A DNA stretch of 64,000 nt, from the NCBI GenBank assembly GCA_009103225.1, contig RHPI01003156.1, positions 926,159-990,158 on the forward strand, read 5' to 3'. The position numbers were made by a program, and so were the translations under genes. This stretch comes from Chlorokybus atmophyticus. Lineage: Eukaryota > Plantae > Mesostigma and Chlorokybus algae. The notes under the pieces were generated by a model. The model saw nothing but the letters and a program-made list of their open reading frames with translations, was not told the origin of the DNA and ran no database searches. Numbering within the stretch: position 1 is the stretch's first letter; each line of letters opens with the position of its first letter. Positions 12,571-23,109 of the stretch are shown piece by piece.

Positions 12571-12899
12571 CAGTACTTGTCAATGATACGAATTGCCATT
12601 ACCACTTTACAAAGGTACCATTTTAATGGTACCTTTCGGCAAATGCATCTTCGTACCATTGAAACGGTTTAATCAGGATATTTATGCAGACTCATCCCAC
12701 CCTGGACATGCAATTACTCGATACCATAATAATGGTACAACGGAGCCGTTACGCCAGTGAATGGCGGCCAAGTTTCCCGCCTCTGGCATGCAAGGGTAGC
12801 GGCGGCGGTGGTGGCGGTGGCGGCGGCTGTGCATGTTGTTGCTGGATATGATGATACAGGTTACATTGGTGATACCTGTGTTGACGTCAGTAGTGAGCT

Positions 12900-15800
12900 A
12901 TGGGAGTCCTTTGTCCGTATTGCCATATGCGCTTCGCCATGCGCAGCTTGGTCTACATGCACATCGTTAGCAGCAGGGTGTGCACGCAAATCAAGCTGTA
13001 TATCGGCCAGCGTCCATTACAGTAGGATGCGGGTCATGTTGAACCGGGGAGTTCGATGCAGGATGCGCACATGCTTGATGCTGAAGGACCCCTCCAAGAG
13101 ACACACGCACAGCAGCAACAGGAGGAGGAGGAAGTGAACGAGGGCTTTCAATGTGTGCGTGTGCCTGGGAAAAATGTGGCACGCCAACATGGAAGTGGAG
13201 GCGTCCCTTCGCACGCGTCGAAATCCAGGTGGTATGGCTCGGAGCATGCTCTTGCAATGGCATTCGTGCAGTGCAACAACGGCCAGGGCCTGTCGGCCTC
13301 CGACATGGGGCGGATCATCAAGTGCATCCGAAATGCACACTTTCTGACGGAAAAGCTTGAGTGGGAGACTGGTGTGCATGTGGCCAGCTACCTCCGGACC
13401 ACAATTGCTTTCTCTCAGTCTGAGGTGTGTTCACGGTGTGCGGTGCATGTGCTTCAACCATCTGAGCCATGTTACATATGCACATGCGAGTGTGCTGCCG
13501 TATCAGAACTACGTGACGGTTGACATGCGCAAGCCTGTAGACTAGGAGGATCAGGACATCAGCGTCACATATATGCTGGCCAAGGTTTGTGAAATGCAGC
13601 ATCCAATGCAGTATCTATGCATTATTATCTAATCTGAGGCCAGCATGCCTGTTAATGCTCTTAGTCGAAGCAGGTATGACTCGCGCGGTTGTATGGCAAT
13701 CCACATGCCACTAATGGCTTCAATTTTCAGTATAATGGTGACGAGCACAGCTTTGGCCATCCTTCCATGGGCGATTGGTGGTAGGTTGTGGAGGTGAGTT
13801 TGAGGAGAGAGGTGGGGGAAGCGTCCTACTTGGCGCCTGCCATTCTGTACAGTGACAAGACCACGCTAGACAGCGCGGGCAAGCGCTTTGGCAGCCCTTT
13901 GATGGCATCACTTGCCAACTACAGTTGGGACATGTATGCTAGCAACATGGGGGTTGTTATGATAGCGCTTCTGCCGATGGTTCGCGCAGTGGCCGGGCAT
14001 CCCACCTGGGCGCAGGGCAAGATATTGTTCCCAATTCGAAAACGTGAGATTTTTCATAACGCTTTTAATGTAGTGTTAGGGGATGTGATGCGGGCGAGCT
14101 GCGAAGGTCTGCAGCTCATCGACCCGAATGGCATCGAGCGTCGTGTGTTTCTCGCGCTTGCCAACTATATTAGCGACTTGCAGGTAGTGGGCATGCATGG
14201 TTGTAACCGGATGCAGCCTGCCGGCAAACAGTGCATGGAGGATGTTGTCAATGGAGCATCTGAGGTTGTTGTGTTGCATGAGACTGCCACACTCGCACGC
14301 ACTGTGTCGGGCAACCAAACACGACATCCTTGCAATTTATGTCTCGTCATCAAATCAGATCTGAAGGAGTTGGATGAGGGCCGGAATTGAGAACCGAAGC
14401 TTTCTACACACCAGCAATACGACAGCTGCGGGCAAACCTGCATAGCGGTGTTAGGAATGCACGCTAGACAGCCAAGGTCTAAAAAAAGCAGCACTCCATG
14501 CATATCGAGGAGGTAATGGTTAAATTATACGGCATTCGTAAAGATGAATCGCTTTCCGTGTAACCAGGCAATGTGGTTTGGCAACGAATTGCATTGTGGG
14601 GTTGGCAACAGTCGCGGGTGCCGGGAGCTGACTGCTACTTTCGTCTAACCCCTGACGCAATGCATGTGCTGGGAGGCATTATTAACAACTTGCTTGCTGC
14701 TGTATATGGCGCTGCGAAGGAACGCATGCGTCCTTGAGACAGATTCTGTAGGCCAGGCACGTCTTTGATGTTGCTTTTGTGTTGAACACAAATGCCAACG
14801 ATACGTGCTCACAAGCAGATGTGCACATGCTGAATGCATGCAAGCTACGGGTTTCGCACTTCAAGGCACCCACAAGCACAATAGTTTGTTTCCTGTCTTA
14901 TAACTTCTTTCAGGTGGTGGAGATAGTGGTGATGCTGCAGCTGCTGCCGGTCCTTGTAGACGGTTTGCTGCTCGACAGTGAGGGCAACAATTTCTGCACC
15001 ATTGCTGCCGTATTGCTTGCCCAGTGGAACAAGAAGTTGCTCAAGGCGCATAAATACACAACAGAGACCCTGACAACAACCGACATCGAGATGGCTGCCT
15101 TTAAATCTGCAGTGTTGCATCTGCTACTATCGTCATATTTTGCACACAATTTAGGTTGAAAGAGAAGATCGAGAAGATGTATCAGCTCACTTATTTTAGG
15201 CCAGCAATTGTCAGCAGTGGACACCCAGATTGGTTCAGCGCCAACCGCATGGAGCAGACGCACGCCCAAAACTTCAAACAGTGGGCGCGTGGTGGCAACA
15301 CCCGGGACTACCAGGCGCGTATTCAGAAGACATGGAGCTGTGCGGAGTATGTGAGAGAGAATGGCATGGTCGTGAGTCCCGAGATGCGCTCGGTCATGGA
15401 GCATGCGCGGCAGCAGTGCTGTAATGTAATGGAGAAGACGGACAAGTTGCTATGGATGGATGTGCTGACAAGAAGGGAGTTCAACCCGTATTGTAGCGCA
15501 TCTGCGCGTAGCCACCAAGTTGCCCTGAGGACTCCATTCGCCGACAATCTGCCTGCCAACATGGACAGCTGGTTGAGGAGGGAACAATTGGAGTTGGCCG
15601 ACGGGTGGCGTGCTGTTCGCGTGGTGGACGGAGGCGCAGCGGTGTACATGACATCAAGAGTCGGCATGGCGCGCGCAACTGGGATGTTTCATGGGCGGCC
15701 TTAGTTCTCTACACCTGAGTTGGAAGGTCATGAGGACGGTGTGAACGTGACGTAGCGGGCTCAGGCACTCTGTTTTCTGCGTGTGGTGGTGTGGGGTGGT

Positions 15801-16036
15801 AGCGGCGAGCGCGTGTGGAAGTCGTGTTTGTCCGCTGGTACACGAAGCTGGATGCGACGAGCGACACAAAGTGCATCGCTCTTGACTGGGAAAAGCGTCG
15901 AGGGGGTCCACATCTGGATGTCGTGTCTCTGGAGCAAGTCAAAGTCATTGTCCAGCTGCTCCCCATGTTTGACAAGGACAGCGCCCGTGTACAAGAAAGC
16001 AAATATTGGGTGAACGTTCACTGCACTGCCACATGA
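12900..16036 (+). pseudogene. Plavaka-family transposase (intron-containing, pseudogenised)
   Basis: N-terminal zinc finger MGVLCPYCHMRFAMRSLVYMHIVSSRVC. Plavaka-like blocks: HPSMGDWW*...LAPAILYSDKT, REIFHNAFNVVLGDV..A..EGLQLIDPNGIERRVFLALANYISDLQ, HPCNLCLV, PDAMHVLGGI, MLQLLPVLVDG, KIEKMYQLTYFRPAIVSSGHPDWFSANRMEQTH, RATGMFHGRP*FS, and C-terminal VVFVRWY...VVSLEQVKVIVQLLPMF...YWVN. In-frame stops at 13023, 13782, 14388, 15702 and 15753, plus a frameshift near 15815. Confidence 0.88.
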
Positions 16037-16240
16037 CATATGTACTTATCTCACTACTCTGAGTTTGGAGCATATCAGTCAGTTAGGCATTGCTATTCGT
16101 ATGCTAAGACTTTTGCATGTGGACGTGTACAAGATTGGGCAGCTGTCACTTCACAACTGTCACCACAATTGAATGTTGAATGCAACATTCAACAATCCGT
16201 CAGCTGTGTGCCATTAAGCATCAATACTCATGCACCACAC

Positions 16241-16985
16241 TCAAGCCTCATGATTCCATGACACAAGAGGGTAGTCACAGCGCATATCCATTGTTTCAAG
16301 CATGAGACGCCCTATGCACTCCGCCATTGCGGGAGGAATTGCATTTGCTGTGGTAACGGCCGATGTCATCCATGGCACTCCCAGCGCTGTTTGCCATGCA
16401 ACAATGCCGCCCCTGGTGCTTGGAAGGCCATAGACCGGGTACATTTGCTGTGGCGCATTTGATGTCACGATTGTCTTTTTAGCGCTAGCGGACAAGTGCG
16501 GCAATAGCAGTCCAATTGCATTGCCCACGTGCGAGCAGCGTGGTGGTGGGGTAGCTACCACTGGCTGTGTCTCAAACAGACGGTGTCGGAAAATAGATAG
16601 GCCAAACATTGTGCCACAACGGGACGGATTGGGTCTGAATGAGGAAGCTGCTCCTGGCATAGTCTCAATCACAAACTTGACCTGGCTTGCAAGCAGCAGA
16701 TGTCGGACGAGCGTTATCATATCCTGGTGTCTCCGGGATGTGCCATGTGCCGCCCGTTGAGGTGCCAGGATAGCACCTGAATATGCCTGGCATAGTGGAC
16801 TGGCCCATATGAGCTCGTACTCGCTCAGCTCTCCTGCACTCAGGGTGCATACATCGCAGTGTATGCAGGGCAGCGGGTACTCAGAGGAGGGACTTATGCC
16901 CATCCCGGTCACGTCAAAGCCTGCGTGATATAGACCGACACTGGCACCACCATCGCCGCAGAATAGGTTGAGTGCCCTTGGTCTG
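16241..16985 (-). CDS. Phage/bacterial-type C5-cytosine DNA methyltransferase domain (stop-free, catalytic motifs altered)
   Basis: Motif I RALNLFCGDGGASVGLYHAGFDV; motif IV IWASPLCQAYS; motif VI FVIETM; motif VIII-like CGTMFGLSIFRHRLFE; C-terminal WQTALGVPWM...NAIPPAMAECIGRLML. This matches the short Dcm-like family typical of actinobacteria and their phages. It lies within ORF 16241-17194. Confidence 0.88.
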
Positions 16986-17183
16986 CGTGTGCATCCAAGC
17001 TTGTTGTCAAATCGCGTGTATGTAGTCAAGGCTGGCCGTGGTGCTGGCCAGGGACTAACAATGATGCCGTCCGGGCTTACTTTGCGACTGACGTTCTTTC
17101 CTCCGACGCAGAACATGACGTGCCCCGTCAACTGATGTGTATGCGAATACGTTGTGCCCTTTGAAATTAATGGTTGGTGGTTG

Positions 17184-17378
17184 ATCACCGTCATCGAATA
17201 CTATACGGTGCTGCTATGCAAAGCCATTCTCATTGCACCATGCATATGAGATGCGTCCTCAATCTCGCATGCCAAGAAGCGATGCTGACCTGACGCTTGC
17301 TTGATTAGTTCCACAACGCCCGCATACCATTCCCCATTCAGCGGCCAATGCACCATGACACTCACACCAATCAGCTGC
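17184..17378 (-). CDS. Tudor/Agenet-like domain split by a probable intron
   Basis: LIGVSVMVHWPLNGEWYAGVVELIKQASG followed after ~80 nt by QHRIVFDDGD. This matches the VxWPxDxxWYxGxV...HRVxYDDGD Tudor pattern of MSH6/PDS5-type proteins. The likeliest splice sites do not restore frame exactly. Confidence 0.7.
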
Positions 17379-18579
17379 TCGCATCCCAACTTAATTGCGT
17401 TCCGCAGCCGATTCAATGCGCTGTCCAACGGTCGATGGTCTGCCTCTTCTACAGCGGCCAGGGGGTGGAATTGCCCACGCCCACACCGTGAAAGACTGCT
17501 TTGAATGCGACAATAGCTTCAACATGCATGAAATAAGCATACGCCCAACATAACATGCAATAATACGTCGTTGTCCACTCTGCCGAATCACCTCCACACC
17601 ATCCACCATCCGTCCACTAACCACATGTCTTGATGTTGTCCACGTGAAGCGCATGGGTTCCCCTCGCCACTCGAAACATGAGCGCGAGCATGATTCGCAC
17701 ACGTACTGCACGCAATGGCAAAACTCTGGTTCCTTGCACAGCACTTTGCCGAGGCGGCAGCCAAATACGTCGACATTGTGTGTGGTGTGATGCCAGCAAG
17801 CAGCACTAAAACCGTGGCACACTGTTTGCACTCGCTGGCATCCGGTCAAGTGTGCTCGTATTTGCTGCCTACGGCCATTGGCACATACATACGCATTGCA
17901 TTGTGGGCACACCAAGCATGGTCATCTAGGTGAGGGGGATTCAATTGCTGCTGCCGACATAATGCAAAATATGAATCGGCACGGCTGCCCACAAACTAAG
18001 CAAGATTTTAGGGTATGGGCATCAATCTAGGGTTGCTAGCTTACAAACCCTAAATGAGTCAAACTTTAAGTGAAGCACGACTGGACCATGGACGGTATTA
18101 CGGTACCATGCATGGTACTACATCAACATGAATGGTACTCCATCCACTAATGGTACTACAGTACAAGGATACTCGCATACTACCACGATCGTAGAGTAAT
18201 ACTGTGCTTTCATTTCATGCAACCCAGAGCGCTGTCCGAGTTTGTTGCTGTTAACCATGCTTTGAACCAGCAAGGTATGCAAGCCATGCACTGACTCATG
18301 CGCCATGCAGTCATCATACACATGTACAGCCAATGCTTTTGACAACAGCAGATCTCGGGTGCACCATGCACCATGCTGTAACTATACATGTACCTACATG
18401 TTTCATAGATGTTCAACACAAAACTACAGTCTATGCACAATTGTCATCCAGGCGGGGGCTAATCACCGCCGACACATTGGCGTCTTGCAGCAGGCATGGC
18501 GACCAAAACGGGTGAGGTTGCTTACACATTGGACACGCTGTAGCTCCTTTGATTTACTTGCCACGTGCTTCTGCTAGTA

Positions 18580-19900
18580 TAGAATGCAGACATGGCACAT
18601 CGCTTGCTTGCAATAGGGCGTCTCCCCATCCGCTGGGGGGAATGGCTCTTCAATGCGACAACTCACCACGTATGGTGCACGCGGGTGTGCAAGCTGCCTC
18701 TACCACCAAACTCTGTTATCGCGTCGCAGTCGTAGCGACTCGATATTGAATGGCGCAGCATAACGCTCCACTGCCTGCTCGATCACCTAACGCCCATCTG
18801 CCGTCATACACCACCTGCTAATTTTGGTGGTCTCGTCCAGCATACGTTTATCCAGGCCCTCGACGTGGCTGTTGTCACTCGTGTAATCGCCCGCATCGTG
18901 ATCTTCGTCAAGCTTCCACATAATTAGCTCGACGTGCCGTATGACGTACAGCCACTGCCAGCCAAAGCATGCTTAATACAGCTCAAATGGTCTTACTTGC
19001 CACTCAATATATTTGCTTAGGTAGTGGCGCACATCTCGAACCGCATCAGTCGACATCAACAGGTACATCTGTTGCAGCAGGTCGAAGTTCTGTTTCGCGG
19101 ATAGCTCTTGTACATTGCCGGGTTGCTGCGGCAGCAATAACACCATCATATCGAGGACGGCGAGGGGCAACAACGTACTACGGATGGCCATGTCGTGTTT
19201 GGGTTCCAACCACGGTCAATCCCGGGAGGTCTGTTTAGACCGCACTCTCTGCGTTTGCTCCAACTTATTGCATACTTTCGTCACCCACCTCAAGGTATGC
19301 CGCATGCGGTGATGCAGCGCATCTTGGGCGTAATATAGGGCGATCAACTCCTTTGCATCACGAGGCAGCCCCCCAAAGCATCCTCGTGTCGGTGCTTTGA
19401 GCTTAGGCAGCTCGTGCCGCACCGGTTGTCTCTCTAGACAATGCTTAGCAGCCGCATGACGCTGTAAACCCGCTTGTGCCTACTCTGGACACACAGTCAG
19501 CCCCAGTGAGGCTTCAAGACGCTGTGCTTCATCTAACTACATTGTAACGATGCCTCACCTTTGCTTTTTTGGTCCTGTCAGCGTCCGTTGTTCTAACAAC
19601 CTTCTTCTTTTTTTTGTTGGTCAACCTGCACATCCTGGCAAGCGCTCTCTGTGGCACTGTCACTCAGAGGAGGTAAAACGTTATCTTCTTGCTCTACAGC
19701 TTTGCGTTTATTGGTTGCCTCCCGTTCCTCCACAACCTTGTGTTGCTTCATGAGGTCGAGCATGCATCTTGTCTTTCAGCACAGCTTTCTAGACACCTCG
19801 ATCAATCTCTTTACCAAATACAGGCTGGGATCAATGTGGCAAGCTTAAAGGGAGAGGCGAGCTACCGATGCTTTTTAATGGACATGCCTCCGGATGGTCA
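18580..19900 (-). pseudogene. Degenerate multi-exon ORF of unknown function
   Basis: ORFs 19216-19422 and 18973-19209 are the same frame separated by one TGA. A further exon (WLYVIRHVELIMWKLDED...GR*VIEQ...WW*RQL) has TAG stops; exons have GT/AG borders. Confidence 0.45.
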
Positions 19901-20169
19901 GAGTGCGGTGGCAAGTGAGTTTCCGCGGTTGGAAGGGAGGGTGCTGAATTGTTATTGCGATCATGTGGCTGTGGTTGAGGGGAGGCAGGATGTGCAGAAC
20001 AGTCGGCTACTTCTTGCCTAGCATACGAAGGCGAGGCCTGAGGCGTTGGCGCAGCACCCTAAGTCGCAGCTGATGGTAGCGGGGGATTGGCGACGCCATT
20101 CCGCCACTCTCCGATCAGGTTCGTCACCTCTGGTGGCACTTCATGCATAGGCCATTGTTTGGTGCTTGC

Positions 20170-23050
20170 AGGCATGAGGAGCCAAAAGTGTGCTTCTGGC
20201 TCATCAAGGCAGTGTCGCCCACCACTAGGACTGAGTTAGGGGCTTCTTTATTTCCAACCCAAACTACGCTGCCGGGCCGTGGCACCTACTCCCCATGCTC
20301 GTGCTGAATGGTCACGCAGCCAATCAACAAGCCCAGCTTGTTGGCAAACATGGTCATCTGCAGGTGCTCCATGTACACATTTTATCTCCGCACGATCTGT
20401 CGCACCTTGGCCATGGCTATGTTTATGTTGCAATCGATATCAGCCAACATGGTCGCAAGCAGTTTGTTGTAATACTGCGCCATCTCTCCCACGGCACCAG
20501 TGGCTCTGCAGAAGTCTAGAATCCTGCTCGCCACGCCTGCATCAACAGCCCTAGCCGTGATTTTGCGGAGAGTGTCCCCCCTGCCGTCGTCGTCCATGGT
20601 GTCCAGCATGGCCCAAAATCTGCTCGAGATGGGGCACTTGTGATCATCCAAGACACTTTGCGCTTTGGATGGCCTGGCGCGTAACACAAAATGGTAGAAG
20701 CAATTACCATCCGTTAGCGCATTGAAGTGGTCCCATGAGGTGAGTTGGCCACCTAGCATGACCAATGGCCGTATGCGAGTTGCGGCCAGCTCCTTTGATG
20801 ACTCGCTGGCAGGTGGTGACCCCTGCTGCATGCGCATACATCAAATGGTGTGTCCAACTGTCGATGGCAAGAGTCACAGTAACTGATAAAGTACCTGAGC
20901 TTGGGGCAGATTGCCGGCTTTAACTTGCAGCGGTTGGGGTAAGGTAGGTGCAGAGGCCACATCGGTAGTTGCATTGTGCTGTGGTCTCGCCCGTTGCGGC
21001 AAGAAGGATTGTTGCCCCGCAATTACCAGTGCTACTTGTGGAGGAGACGGCAGTGGATGAAGATTGGTGTTGCGGAAGGTGGATGTGCTCTGGCTGCGAG
21101 GGGAGCCGGTGCGGCAGGTGAGACCACTTGTGCATGCAGCAAGGGGGGCTGTATATAGGTCGCAGGATAAGATGGCACAATGTTGCAAAGGACGAATATA
21201 AGCATATGCAGTGCCGGACGTATCGTTACCAAGGCACAAGCATAGAAGACAGCAACTTATCTTAATGGCTCGTGAGCTGCATGGAGCAGGGGAAGCCATG
21301 GGGGCTGACAAGGTGGTATTGGGTGCACTTTCCCCGCCACCCTCAGTCGCAGACTCGTCACCGAGCTCATGAGCCATGGGCACAGGATGCGCCATTGCCG
21401 TCATGAATTAATTGCTTCGAACAGTCACCTGCGGCATTGCTGGTTGATGCACGAATAATTGCATGGACTGCGTCATTGCTGGTTGATGCACTACTGGTTG
21501 AATGCGAGACGAATGGCCACGTGCTCATATGCTCAAACCCAGCCTACTTCGTTCGGCACGCGCGAGCAACTACTACTACTTCGCACGGTCACGCACATCC
21601 TAGCATGCAAAGGTAGGCATGCATTGGAGGTGCATGCAGTCAATGCACATGCACAGCGAGATTGGCAGCAACATACCGCCGCCCAGCTCTGTCTGTTTGC
21701 TCCGGCTTCCGCAATGTCGGCTTGATTGTGCGGTGGGTATGAGTGAATAGTGGAGGTCTGCAGCCACGCTACATGTATCACATGGACTGCGCTTAAAAAA
21801 AAATTGCTCTTGCAAGGAAATCCATGTGACTGTTGAGCGTGCCTCTGCATTCCTTTGTTCTTGTTCCCACAGTCGCAATTGGTCCCACATGGTTTTGATA
21901 AGGGACTCCAAGGACTGCAGCTTCTGATCAATTTCTTGTTGCAGAAAGCGAGCCACCAAGCAGCTTTATTTATGAAGATGGTCCTTAATGACTTGCCTGC
22001 TGGTTTGTCCAATGTTGGTGATGCATGTTGGGCAACCCTATTGCTGACGCCTGCCATCATGGTGATCCATAACGTGGCGCCCGGTATTAGCTGGCTTCGC
22101 TGCTTGAACTCTTACGCCCACAACTTCTTGCAAGATGTGCCACGCCGCCGCCGCCTCATCCTCCTGATCCTCCGCCTCCTAGTCGAACCCTGGTCCACTA
22201 TGCCTGACATTTGAGCCGTCATCGACCTGATGCCCCTGCATGCCATCATCCGGCCATTAATGAAGCTGTTTGGGTGAGTGCACGCTAACTCCCATTATGG
22301 CTGGTCGAGCAATGCCTCTGTCGTACCATTCATTGATGGCATTGCTCGACCAGCCCTAATGGGGGTTAGCGTGCACTCCCACCGAAACAGGTTCATTGGG
22401 ACGCACTACAAGTGCGCCTCTAATGCGGGACACCAGACGTTCAAAACCGCCTTATTTTCGTTTTCGCGCCTCGTACATTTGGGCGGGCCACCTGGCGGCG
22501 GCAGCGTTGGATGCGGCAGCGCCACTATCAGCTAAGCAGGCGGCACCCGACTATCACATACAGAGAGGCTCTCGTGGTCCATCTGCAGGTGCACCTCGTC
22601 GTGGAGGTCGGCGCCCCAAGTCCACATTGCCCCCAGTGTTCAACTAAGCAACAATCGCCAACCAGCAGCAGCCACTCTTGGCCAACCAATTGCAGCAATA
22701 CCCCACGCTAAGGCCCAGCCCATCACAACAACTCCACCTGACACCGCAGTCGCAAGGGCAAGCTAGAATGCATGCGTTCTTTATGCACTGTGCACGTTGC
22801 TTTTTGCTCAACTTTAAATTTTGATGCTTGCTTCTTTCATGACTAGCACAGTAACTCACTGCATGCGTACTGGATACACTGTGCACGTTGTTTTTCTTGC
22901 TCAACAGTGAGGGTTGCATATTTCATGGCTGGCAGCATGACTCACGTGGTTGTGCTTGCAAAGGGTCGATTGGAACCCCCAACTCAAACGCATCTGGCCG
23001 TGACGTAGCAACCTCGACCGTCAGCAACCCTTCCCCAAGCAAGTAAAAGA
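20170..23050 (-). pseudogene. Large multi-exon pseudogene ending in an OTU-like cysteine-protease domain (20170-20720)
   Basis: Catalytic-Cys motif TDGNCFYH (Cys codon 20700-20702), then NVYMEHLQMTMFANKLGLLIGCV (WG..EL.A-like block) and a His motif AHFWLLMP (20188) after a frameshift. Upstream exons are charged or coiled-coil-like and contain TAG/TAA stops. Confidence 0.55.
22276..22378. repeat. 41-bp near-perfect inverted repeat (hairpin, 21-nt loop)
   Basis: Arms 22276-22316 and 22338-22378 differ at only 2 of 41 positions. Confidence 0.95.
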
Positions 23051-23109
23051 TTGGCAACGAGGTAAGCATTGTGTGACACTGTGACACTGTGTGCAACGGA
23101 TTGTTCTTC

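Noticed and set aside
16241-16985. Bacterial or phage contamination as the source of the MTase
   Set aside because: It is contiguous with spliced eukaryotic-type sequence (Tudor exon, intron-containing transposase) and shares the local composition; there is no operon-like gene density.
17560-17700. MFRVARGTHAL...IKTCG*W...YY resembles a tyrosine-recombinase C-terminus
   Set aside because: The catalytic His is missing, the spacing to Trp and Tyr is wrong, and there is no upstream Arg box.
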